Shown here: piece after piece, positions 55,723-64,000 of the stretch
Numbering within the stretch: position 1 is the first letter of the stretch
How the letters are laid out: the number at the start of each line of letters is the position of its first letter
Assembly: GCA_028284445.1 (NCBI GenBank)
Contig: JANQRS010000026.1
Coordinates: forward strand, 41,653 to 105,652
Origin: Calditrichia bacterium
Lineage (GTDB): Bacteria; Calditrichota; Calditrichia; RBG-13-44-9; J075
Reading direction: 5' to 3'
DNA length: 64,000 nt
Notes under the pieces: generated by a model
Seen by the model: only the letters and a program-made list of their open reading frames with translations
Database searches by the model: none
What the model was told of the DNA's origin: nothing
Made by a program: the position numbers and the translations under genes

Positions 55723-57849
55723 ATGCCCGATACCCGCGCGAAGAAAAAAACAGATTCCGATTCAACATATTCTTCAATACAGGTCTTAAAAGGGAAACCC
55801 TATCCGCTAGGCGCCACGCTGCAGCGCGGTGGCGTTAATTTTGCCCTTTTCTCGAGTCATGCAACCGACGTAAATCTTGTGCTCTTTAGAAATAGTGAAC
55901 ATGAGCCGGTCATTGAATTGCCACTTGATCCGCGCATTCATAAGATAGGAAATATTTGGCACATTTTCGTGCGCAATCTTGAGGCAGGAACGCGCTACGG
56001 ATATCGCCTTCGTGGCGCGAAGGACGACGACCCGAATATTCATCGGTTTGATCCTGCGATTGTCGTTACCGATCCCTATGCCCGGGCCTTTACCGGTGGC
56101 CGGCGCTGGGGTGAAATCTATCGGAGAAACAATAGCCCCGCGAATCAGTCACAAAATATTCGCCGCTCCCTGGTCGTTGATGATGATTTTGAGTGGGGAT
56201 TTGATCGGCCGTTGAATATTCCGATGTCCGACTCGATCATTTATGAGGTGCATGTCCGCGGCTTCACTCGCGACGACTCTTCCGGTGTTGACTATCCCGG
56301 GACTTTTCGCGGTTTGGTGGAAAAAATACCATATTTGAAAGAGTTGGGCGTGACAGCGGTAGAGTTGCTGCCAATAAACGAGTTTGAAGAAATCGAAAAT
56401 GCCGTTATTCACCCGGCCACCGGCGAATACCTGCTGAACTACTGGGGATATAATCCCATCGGCTTTTTTGCCCCAAAGGCCTCATATGCTCACGCCAGCC
56501 GCGATGGTGAGCAAATTCGTGAATTCAAGAAGATGGTTAAGGCCCTTCATGATGCCGGAATCGAAGTCATTCTCGATATGGTCTTTAACCACACGGCTGA
56601 AGGCAATGAAAACGGTCCGGTCTATAACTTCAAGGGACTGGATAATTCCATTTATTACATCATTGACCCCAAGACGGGACGCTATCACAACTACTCCGGT
56701 TGCGGCAACACCCTTAACTGCAATCATCCGGTGGTACGCGATTTGATTCTCGACTGTTTGCGATATTGGGTTACGGAAATGCATATCGACGGTTTCCGTT
56801 TTGACCTGGCATCTATCCTTGGGCGTGGGCAGGATGGTTCGGTGCTTTCCAATCCACCGCTGCTGGAGCGCATTGCGAAAGACCCGATTCTGGCCAATAC
56901 CAAGCTGATTGCCGAAGCCTGGGATGCTGCCGGACTCTACCAGGTTGGCAGTTTTCCTTCCTGGGGACGCTGGGCGGAATGGAACGGCATGTTTCGCGAT
57001 GATGTGCGGCGTTTCGTAAAAGGTGACGAAGGCATGGTGAATGCACTGGCCACTCGTCTTAGCGGCAGCTCTGACCTCTACCAGTTGAGTGGTCGTTCAC
57101 CGGTTCATAGCGTCAACTTTATTACTGCGCATGATGGTTTCACCCTGATGGACCTGGTTTCTTATAACAACAAGCATAACCTGGAAAATGGCGAAGAAAA
57201 TCGCGATGGACATAACCACGAAAATAGCTGGAATTGTGGTGTTGAGGGAGAGACGGATAATCCTGAAATTAATGCCCTGCGCCGACGCCAGGTTCGCAAC
57301 TATTTGACAATTCTAATGATGTCGCATGGTGTCCCGATGTTGAGCGGCGGTGATGAATTTGGGAAAACCCAGGGCGGCAACAACAATGCGTACTGTCAGG
57401 ACAATGAGATTAGCTGGTTTAATTGGGAGTTGCTGCAAACCAATCAGGATTTGTTTCGCTTTGTACGTGAGCTGATTCGTTTTCGCAAGGCGCATCCAAA
57501 TCTGCGGCGCACCAGCTTTCATGAAGATGGCGGCGAAGCGCCGATCCGAATTACCTGGCATGGCACAACGCTCTACCAGGCAGATTGGTCCGGTGAGTCG
57601 CAGGCGCTGGGAATGTTGTTACACAACAATCCCAATGACAATGATATCTACCTGATGACCAACGCTTTTTGGGAGAGTCAGCTATTCGAACTGCCGAAGC
57701 TGCCAAAAGGCAAATCCTGGCATCAATTCCTCGACACCAGCCTGGAAGCCCCGGCGGACGTGACCAATGCCGGTGAAGAAGTTCGTCTTGATAATCAGAT
57801 GGATTATGAGGTGAGCGGTAGGACAACAGTGGTGGTAGTGGCTAAGTAA
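55723..57849 (+). CDS. glgX: Glycogen debranching enzyme GlgX (isoamylase)
   Basis: GKPYPLGA, IIYEVHVRG, NYWGY, DMVFNHTAEG, DGFRFDLA, LIAEAWD, FITAHDGF and NNAYCQDN. Confidence 0.97.
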   Translation: MPDTRAKKKTDSDSTYSSIQVLKGKPYPLGATLQRGGVNFALFSSHATDVNLVLFRNSEHEPVIELPLDPRIHKIGNIWHIFVRNLEAGTRYGYRLRGAKDDDPNIHRFDPAIVVTDPYARAFTGGRRWGEIYRRNNSPANQSQNIRRSLVVDDDFEWGFDRPLNIPMSDSIIYEVHVRGFTRDDSSGVDYPGTFRGLVEKIPYLKELGVTAVELLPINEFEEIENAVIHPATGEYLLNYWGYNPIGFFAPKASYAHASRDGEQIREFKKMVKALHDAGIEVILDMVFNHTAEGNENGPVYNFKGLDNSIYYIIDPKTGRYHNYSGCGNTLNCNHPVVRDLILDCLRYWVTEMHIDGFRFDLASILGRGQDGSVLSNPPLLERIAKDPILANTKLIAEAWDAAGLYQVGSFPSWGRWAEWNGMFRDDVRRFVKGDEGMVNALATRLSGSSDLYQLSGRSPVHSVNFITAHDGFTLMDLVSYNNKHNLENGEENRDGHNHENSWNCGVEGETDNPEINALRRRQVRNYLTILMMSHGVPMLSGGDEFGKTQGGNNNAYCQDNEISWFNWELLQTNQDLFRFVRELIRFRKAHPNLRRTSFHEDGGEAPIRITWHGTTLYQADWSGESQALGMLLHNNPNDNDIYLMTNAFWESQLFELPKLPKGKSWHQFLDTSLEAPADVTNAGEEVRLDNQMDYEVSGRTTVVVVAK

Positions 57850-57898
57850 AGGCGCTAACCCGCCTCTAAGCCTTCTCGGGGGGCAAAATGCAAATGAT

Positions 57899-57990
57899 TA
57901 ACACGAATCTACACGAATGGACGCAAATTGTTAACGTAACCCTGGATAAAGTATAGGTATCATTCGCGAAAATTTGTGGAAATTCTGTTA
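57899..57990. repeat. Inverted arrays of degenerate decamers (ACACGAAT.. / ..ATTCGTGT-like)
   Basis: Left: ACACGAATCT ACACGAATGG ACGCAAAT; right: ATTCGCGAAA ATTTGTGGAA ATTCTGTT. Confidence 0.6.
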
Positions 57991-58040
57991 ACGGAAACCC
58001 TTTGCCCTATCGGAAGTGGATTTAGGGGTGTGTTAAAAAC

Positions 58041-58068
58041 AAAAAGGCTGCCCAATGGACAGCCTTTT
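58041..58068. terminator. Bidirectional rho-independent terminator between glgX and rpsD
   Basis: AAAAAGGCTG-CCCAATGGA-CAGCCTTTT. Confidence 0.8.
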
Positions 58069-58094
58069 CTGTAAAGGTCGTATAAAAATCTCGT

Positions 58095-58700
58095 TTAGCG
58101 AGAGTAATATTCGATAACCAGTGACACTTCACAAACTACCGGAACCTGATCACGGATCGGTAATTCTTCGACCGTAATGGACATATCCGGTTTGGAGAGC
58201 GTCAGATATTCCGGGGGATCGCTCAGCTTTACAGCTTCAGCAAAGCCCGGGATGCGACGGCTTTTCGGACGCACGGTGATCACATCATTCGCGCGAACAC
58301 GATAAGATGGAATGTCAACCGGCTTGCCGTTTACGTGAATGTGACCATGTCCAACGAATTGGCGGGCTGCATAAATGGTGCGAGCCAGGCCGCCGCGATG
58401 AACAATCGAGTCCAGGCGGGATTCAAGCATCTGGATCAGATTGTCGGAAGTGTTTCCGGATTTACCAGCTGCTTTCTTGTAATAGTTGAGCAATTGACGC
58501 TCATGAATGTTGTACTGAGCACGAAGACGCTGCTTCTCAAGCAACTGACGCTTGTAGTCAGACATCTTTGCATTCGGCCGTTTCGATGGACCATGCTGTC
58601 CCGGGGGATATGATTTTTTTTCCATGATCCGAGCAGCCTTCGGGGTCAACGGAACACCCAGCTGGCGGGACAATTTGACTTTAGATCCATTAAACTTCAT
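58095..58700 (-). CDS. rpsD: 30S ribosomal protein S4, stand-alone, no zinc-ribbon cysteines
   Basis: PPGQHG, SDY..QLLEKQRLR..Y, LESRLD, ART..AARQ.V.HGHI.VNG..VDIPSY and IEYYSR. Confidence 0.98.
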   Translation of the reverse strand: MKFNGSKVKLSRQLGVPLTPKAARIMEKKSYPPGQHGPSKRPNAKMSDYKRQLLEKQRLRAQYNIHERQLLNYYKKAAGKSGNTSDNLIQMLESRLDSIVHRGGLARTIYAARQFVGHGHIHVNGKPVDIPSYRVRANDVITVRPKSRRIPGFAEAVKLSDPPEYLTLSKPDMSITVEELPIRDQVPVVCEVSLVIEYYSR

Positions 58701-58844
58701 AACGCTTTAACTCCTGTTCAGAGGTTCTAACACTATTCAATATATCTTGTTTCGTTATCTGCAAAGCTTGTCTCAATTCTCTGAGAGCTCGACAATATAA
58801 TGTACCAATATGCGATTATCCAGTATAAAATCAAAAAATGTGGG

Positions 58845-58916
58845 GCTGAATGCTGGATACTTGCTCCGGCCATCGAGGTCACTTTCCAGCATCCAGTATC
58901 AAGAATCCAGCATCAG
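58845..58916. repeat. Inverted heptamer arrays (ATGCTGG / CCAGCAT-like)
   Basis: GCTGAAT GCTGGAT ACTTG ... CCAGCAT CCAGTAT CAAGAAT CCAGCAT. Confidence 0.55.
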
Positions 58917-60403
58917 CTGCTTTCCGCTTCCATAAAGTAAATATTCTCTTCCGGAATCAAGGCATCGAAGATCTCTTCGTTATGCGAAATCATTAATATC
59001 GCCTTGCCTTCCCGCTGCTTGTCCTGCAGGAGTTTGATAACCCGCTGAATACTTTCGAAGTCCAGGCCGTTTAGCGGCTCATCCAGAATGATCAGGTCGG
59101 TATCGAGGATCAGGGTGCGCAGCAGGTTCAGGCGCTGCTTTTGACCACCGCTCAAGAGCTTGACCTTCTTTTTCAGAAATGCATTATCGACTTCCAGATC
59201 GAAGAGATCTTTCAGACGTTGCCGGATGTACTCGTCTGTGATCTTGTCCTTCGAGGGCAATCCCTTGAAGACATCACGGACGTTGGACATCAGATTCAGG
59301 GCTTCATCTGCGTGTTGAAACACCATCCCCACCTGTTTGCCCCAAATCTTCCGCTTCCAAAAATTTGCTGCCGTTTTGTCGGTGAGATGCAAATTGCCGA
59401 GTTTTAAGTCCAGACCGGTGCAGCGTGCAAGACCGATAATGATTTTGGCGAGGGTGGTTTTGCCAACGCCGCTGGCCGCTTTCAGATAGACCATTTCACC
59501 ACGACGTATAACCAGCGGAACGTCCTGGTCGTCTTCGCGCTTGCGAAGCATGCGAATGCGCTTGCCATATATCTGGTAACCGCTCTGCATTTCCAGAATG
59601 GTATCCTCACCATGTCCTTCAAATGTCGGTAGCGATTTCTCCTGCTTCAACCAGTTCAAATACGCGTCAGCTTCAAAATCGCGCATTTTCAGACCGCTCT
59701 CCGCATCTGTTAGTTCCTTGAAGGCAACATTCTTGCGTAGATCGCCATGACTGTCATAAATCTCGCTGATCATTGAATAATCATGGGTGATGATCAGTGA
59801 GGTAAACGCCTGGTCCCGATATTTGTCGAAGAGTAATTTCAGGAAGAGATTGCGGAAGTTGTTATCGAGGCTGCCGGTCGGCTCATCGAAAATGTAAAGC
59901 CCTCGAACGTTTTTGGACTGATTGAGATTGATTTTTTTGAAAGCCATTGCCAGGAGAATGCGCTGCTTTTCACCGCCGCTGGGGCGATGTGGCTTGGGAT
60001 AGACCGTCAGAATTTGCCGAATGGCATCATCTTTTGTTGTATCCCACAGGTGCCGAAGAATTGCCGCCTCGCCGCCGGCTTGTGCCAGGCTGCCTTCACC
60101 AAGCTGTGTCTCCAGCGGGATAAGCGGGTTTAAATGGGAAGAGGGCTCCTGGAAAACAAAGAAGCCATTTTCCTGCAGCGTCCCGGCTGTTTCCCGGAGA
60201 TAGCTCTCATAGTTGCCTTCGTTGATAGTCACCGACAGCCGCGTGGGGTCCAGCAGCCCATAAACCGCCTTCGAAAGAATCGATTTGCCAATACCCGATT
60301 CGCCAAATAGAAAGGTGATCTTCTGATCCGGAAGCTGGAATTCATCAATAGAAACGATGGTGCGCGCCGCTTTGGCGATGTGGATATCGTATTGGGCTAT
60401 CAT
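58913..60403 (-). CDS. ABC transporter ATP-binding protein with two ATPase domains (Opp/Dpp-like)
   Basis: GESGIGKS, SGGEKQR and IFDEPT; ASGVGKT, LSGGQKQR, ILDEPL and ISHN. Confidence 0.92.
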   Translation of the reverse strand: MIAQYDIHIAKAARTIVSIDEFQLPDQKITFLFGESGIGKSILSKAVYGLLDPTRLSVTINEGNYESYLRETAGTLQENGFFVFQEPSSHLNPLIPLETQLGEGSLAQAGGEAAILRHLWDTTKDDAIRQILTVYPKPHRPSGGEKQRILLAMAFKKINLNQSKNVRGLYIFDEPTGSLDNNFRNLFLKLLFDKYRDQAFTSLIITHDYSMISEIYDSHGDLRKNVAFKELTDAESGLKMRDFEADAYLNWLKQEKSLPTFEGHGEDTILEMQSGYQIYGKRIRMLRKREDDQDVPLVIRRGEMVYLKAASGVGKTTLAKIIIGLARCTGLDLKLGNLHLTDKTAANFWKRKIWGKQVGMVFQHADEALNLMSNVRDVFKGLPSKDKITDEYIRQRLKDLFDLEVDNAFLKKKVKLLSGGQKQRLNLLRTLILDTDLIILDEPLNGLDFESIQRVIKLLQDKQREGKAILMISHNEEIFDALIPEENIYFMEAESS

Positions 60404-60474
60404 GCGGTTGTGTTGGTGTTGGGAATGGAAGAAATGCTGCGATCACCGTGATGATCGCAGCATGAAAGTCGTGT

Positions 60475-61074
60475 TTAAAGCTTTGCCTGGCTGCTAACGA
60501 TGGTGCCAACGAGACCGTAGTCTTTGGCTTCTTTAGCGGACATCCAGAAATTACGTTCTGTCTGCTTCTCAACCTTGTCAATTGGCTGACCGGTTTGCTT
60601 GGCAAAGATTTCGTTCAGACGGCGGCGCATCTTCACAATTTCATTTGCTTCAATGCCGATGTCCGTTGCCTGGCCGCGTGCGCCACCATATGGCTGGTGC
60701 AGCAGGAAGCGGGTGTTCGGCAGACAAAAACGGTCTTCAACCGGAGCAGCGGCAAAAATCAAAGCGCCGGCGCTGGCCACCCAGCCGGTACCAACGATCT
60801 TGACACGCGGCTTTACGAAACGAATCATATCATGAATCGTATCGCCGGATTCAACGTGCCCGCCCTGCGAATTTATATAGATGGTAATGTCGTCATTGTT
60901 GTCGGTAGACATAACCAGCAACTGCTCGCTAACGCGTTGGGCAACCTTCTGATTAATTTCACCATAAATGAGAATGGTGCGATTTTCCAGGAGCTTGGCG
61001 GCAACGCCCTGCGGGCCTTTTTCTTTATCCTTATCCTTGGCATCCTTTTCGGCTGCTTCCAGGTAGTATTCCAT
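60475..61074 (-). CDS. clpP: ATP-dependent Clp protease proteolytic subunit
   Basis: YINSQGG, VASAGA (catalytic Ser), LHQP, GQATD and A.DYGLV. Confidence 0.96.
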   Translation of the reverse strand: MEYYLEAAEKDAKDKDKEKGPQGVAAKLLENRTILIYGEINQKVAQRVSEQLLVMSTDNNDDITIYINSQGGHVESGDTIHDMIRFVKPRVKIVGTGWVASAGALIFAAAPVEDRFCLPNTRFLLHQPYGGARGQATDIGIEANEIVKMRRRLNEIFAKQTGQPIDKVEKQTERNFWMSAKEAKDYGLVGTIVSSQAKL

Positions 61075-61338
61075 GTTGGCAATCTCCTTAATTCGAATGT
61101 TTAATGTATGTAAATTCTGATTCTGCTTGTTCTTTCTGATTGTATTTGCAAATCGGCGATCGGTTCCCGTTTGCTGGCCTAGACTTCAAATATGTGAATT
61201 GAATTTTTCGAATGCTGCTTTATCACCTTTGAAACTATATACAATCCATTCCCTGTGCAATCAAAAAGTGTAACAAATCCCCTCTCTGATTCATAAGATG
61301 TTCGACGGCTTCGACCAAAACTGAATGCTCCTCCTGTT

Positions 61339-61380
61339 ACATCCCCCTCTATCCCTTCGAAGGGGGATAGAGGGGGATGT
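61339..61380. repeat. C/G-tract palindrome, TTCGAA-centred subtype
   Basis: ACATCCCCCTCTATCCCTTCGAAGGGGGATAGAGGGGGATGT. Confidence 0.9.
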
Positions 61381-61383
61381 GAC

Positions 61384-62244
61384 CTATAGTTCATACCTTT
61401 CCGCAAAGCCGTTCGAAATCTTGTAGACGCAAAGCAAGGTAAACACGATCAAAAAGGCCACGCTGATGCCCTGCAAATGCTCAAAAAAGAGCCGGCTGAA
61501 GTAGGTGATGTCTCCAAACGTATGACCGATTGCCAGGATATCCTGCTTGCTGTCAATCTTGGCCAGCAGGCTGCCGAGTGTGACCGGCAAGTTGATGGCA
61601 CTGACCCGCGTCGATAAGCCTACTGAAATAATAAAGTCTATGCTGCATTGCAGGAAAATCGTGATGCCAAATATCGATATCAGCTTGTTGAAAATATGTG
61701 ATAAAGAATTCTTCCAGAGAATTTCGGTATTAATAATTCGATTTTCTGATATTCCGCAAACTCGCATGGCATTGTAAAAGTCGCGCTTCTTATAATAATG
61801 AATGCGTTCGCGAATCAAGTCGACTAGCTCCAGGAACACAAATAGACTGATGGTCACTGCAATTGCGAAGATGACGCTCAATGGGGTTCGCAGGGTGCCG
61901 TTTTGCAGCCAGAAGGTGATCAAGGTATAGCCACCAAGAATACCGACAATCTGCGGAATGGAACGGATGATGTTCAGAACAAAGGTTGCAGCCAGATACA
62001 GGGCTGAGAAACGACTGTTCTCCAGGCGCTCCAGCAATACTGCTACAATCCAGCTGACCACCGCAGTGAGCAAAATAACGATCAGGGCAATTTTGATCGT
62101 TTGATAAAAGCCGATTCGTAGCTGGCGAAACGCCGGCTGGTTTAGGAAAAGCATATCCCAAATGCCCAGGGCCGCAATGCCCAGCAGCCAAATCACAAAC
62201 CAGAGTTTGTCTTTCTGCTCATATATATTTTGCAAATAGCTCAT
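61384..62244 (-). CDS. ABC transporter permease (OppC/DppC-like)
   Basis: TM segments; EAA-like FYNAMRVCGISENRII; FIISVGL and TLGSLL. Confidence 0.75.
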   Translation of the reverse strand: MSYLQNIYEQKDKLWFVIWLLGIAALGIWDMLFLNQPAFRQLRIGFYQTIKIALIVILLTAVVSWIVAVLLERLENSRFSALYLAATFVLNIIRSIPQIVGILGGYTLITFWLQNGTLRTPLSVIFAIAVTISLFVFLELVDLIRERIHYYKKRDFYNAMRVCGISENRIINTEILWKNSLSHIFNKLISIFGITIFLQCSIDFIISVGLSTRVSAINLPVTLGSLLAKIDSKQDILAIGHTFGDITYFSRLFFEHLQGISVAFLIVFTLLCVYKISNGFAERYEL

Positions 62245-63365
62245 GAGGCTTTGTTCTCGTAGCGTCGCGATTCAAAATACAGCCAATAATCTGCCAGAAT
62301 CTCTGTTGTTTTCAAGACCAGGTAAATGCCCAGGACGATGAGCACCACCACGTCATATTGCTGATAGAGAATATTTTGCAGTAGTTCATAGCAGAGGTGA
62401 TTGTGAATGTTGAGGGCCATTTCAATGATCACCAGGCCGGATATCAGGAATGATGCCTGCTCTTTGATCGTTGAGAGATACTGGTAGCGGGCATTGATAA
62501 AAATATGATGAAAGACATGTCCCTCGAATGACTTACGCAGTCGAAAGATCTCGCCGAGCTTAATGCCCCCTTCTTCCGCCAGGTAGCTATTGCGTAGATT
62601 CTTTACAATAGCGGTTTGCACGTAGCCTTTGCGACTTTCACTGACCAGAAACGTGTAGAATTTATTGGCGTAATTGATCAATAAGCCGTTTGAGAGCACG
62701 CCCAATACCACCATAAAAAACAAGGAATCGGTATCGAAGCGGGTTTTGAAGGAGTAGGCCAGCACATATGCCGGTGAAAAGAGAATCATGTACAAAATGC
62801 CCTTTGCAAGGGCTTTACCGAAAAGTGTCGCTCCTGTTTTGGCGCAGTCTTGCCAATTGGCGCTATCGGCGCCGCGACATTTGTTGACATGTTTCACAAG
62901 AGCAGCTAGATAGGATGTCTGGCCTTTCTTCATTTGAACGAAGCGTAGGGTGCCGAGGGTTTGCACGCCGTAATAGGTGAGGAACATGACGATCCCGTAG
63001 GCGAGAATGAAGCGCAAATACATACCGAAGAGTTCCCATAAGCGAGGCGCAGATAAGCCCTTGCCGCTGTTGTCCTGCTGTCTGGCTGCGGTAATTTCGC
63101 GGGCGCGATGATCCTGGATTTTTTGCAATAGCTCGGCATGGCGACTTTCCTGTCCGGGATAAAATGCATCCATACTTTCTTTCAACAAGGAGCGGTGCAG
63201 GGGATTGTCGTAGTCGATGAAATCCAGTGCCAGGAAGGGAGCAATTTCCCGATCCGCAGCCATCTCCACATCGCGGCTCTGCGACTGAAACTGCACCATC
63301 ATGAACAGGAAAATACTGCTCACAACCACAATGCTGAGAATATGTTCAAGCAATTTGGATTTCAT
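62241..63365 (-). CDS. ABC transporter permease-like membrane protein (OppB/DppB-like)
   Basis: YVQTAIVKNL, HIFINA, LVIIEMALNI and YDVV resemble the OppB C-terminus. Confidence 0.7.
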   Translation of the reverse strand: MKSKLLEHILSIVVVSSIFLFMMVQFQSQSRDVEMAADREIAPFLALDFIDYDNPLHRSLLKESMDAFYPGQESRHAELLQKIQDHRAREITAARQQDNSGKGLSAPRLWELFGMYLRFILAYGIVMFLTYYGVQTLGTLRFVQMKKGQTSYLAALVKHVNKCRGADSANWQDCAKTGATLFGKALAKGILYMILFSPAYVLAYSFKTRFDTDSLFFMVVLGVLSNGLLINYANKFYTFLVSESRKGYVQTAIVKNLRNSYLAEEGGIKLGEIFRLRKSFEGHVFHHIFINARYQYLSTIKEQASFLISGLVIIEMALNIHNHLCYELLQNILYQQYDVVVLIVLGIYLVLKTTEILADYWLYFESRRYENKAS

Positions 63366-63385
63366 GAATTTACTTCGTTCGTTGG

Positions 63386-63540
63386 ACTCACTATGTTCGC
63401 GTTAGTTCGCTGCGCTCACGTCAGGGCCTTCGGCCCCTCAGCTCGTTTTACTCGCGTCAGGCTCGTAAACTCGCCGTCAGTTCGCTGCGCGAAACATCCC
63501 CCTGTGTCCCCCTTCGAAGGGGGATTCAGGGGGATGTTTC
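63386..63540. repeat. Second composite REP-like element: GTCA-spaced mini-hairpins plus TTCGAA-centred palindrome (63491-63540)
   Basis: Unit types and central order match 3325-3417, with compensatory stem changes. Confidence 0.85.
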
Positions 63541-63545
63541 CGAGG

Positions 63546-64000
63546 CTATTTCTCAATTATTTCAATGTGTGTATCTGTTCTGCTAACCTTGAATTTACTG
63601 CCGAGCAACACATTCTCGAGATCCAACACCAGGTAGTCGATGCTGGTGGACAACTTTTCGTACCACAATGGATCGCTGAGCTGAAAGGCCAGGCTGCCGT
63701 CATTTTCCGATGCCTGCCACTGTGGTGCTGCCTGTTTTCGCCCGCTTTCCATACTATGATGGTCAAACAATTGCACAATCAGCTTGTTGAAAGTGTCAAC
63801 GCGCGCTTTCAGGCGCCTGGTCAATCCATCATCAAGTGTGGTAGTGACTGCTTCTGGCACAAATTTTCGCCAAATACGATTGCGCGGACTTGCTGGCATC
63901 GTTACCCAGCCAAAGAGCGTCGGACCGCTAAGGCTTGCTACCAGGTAAAGTCCCCGGTGGCGAAATTGCCGCAACAATAAGGTCTCCTTGGTCGCCGTCC
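63546..64000 (-). CDS. Hypothetical protein, 3' part only (5' end lies beyond the window)
   Basis: The frame of ORF 63546..63977 stays open to base 64000; the stop is just upstream of the repeat. Confidence 0.6.
   Translation of the reverse strand, partial: TATKETLLLRQFRHRGLYLVASLSGPTLFGWVTMPASPRNRIWRKFVPEAVTTTLDDGLTRRLKARVDTFNKLIVQLFDHHSMESGRKQAAPQWQASENDGSLAFQLSDPLWYEKLSTSIDYLVLDLENVLLGSKFKVSRTDTHIEIIEK

Noticed and set aside
63138-63980. 280-aa plus-strand ORF
   Set aside because: It is antisense to two minus-strand genes and reads through the repeat element; a shadow ORF.

Overview
Gene-dense window from a diderm bacterium, roughly 50% GC. The style suggests a Calditrichota/KSB1-like FCB lineage, but that is inference only. 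Most content is housekeeping or metabolic: cysS, tsaB-rimI-moeA, an aroB-aroD/E-aroA-aroK operon running into a SWIM-SNF2 helicase, era, clpP, a stand-alone rpsD, mltD, rfaE2, egtB, four alpha-glucan enzymes (GH57, two GH13, GlgX), and a MacB-type and an Opp-type ABC transporter. I saw no tRNA, rRNA, CRISPR array, integrase or transposase. The most unusual items are: (1) lexA followed 1 bp later by a UmuD-sized LexA C-terminal-domain paralogue whose catalytic Ser/Lys and Ala-Gly cleavage site are all substituted, a candidate SOS decoy or modulator; (2) a low-GC 1321-aa multi-pass KAP-type NTPase gene divergent from lexA; (3) a three-ligase ATP-grasp/GCS2 operon behind a ~200-nt structured leader; (4) many non-autonomous repeats, including eight C-tract/G-tract palindromes and two arrays of TGAC-spaced mini-hairpins that keep tandem G.A pairs and GNA-type loops, plus 7-, 8- and 10-mer tandem repeats, one absorbed into a CDS. 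All calls come from motif reading by eye; no database searches were run.
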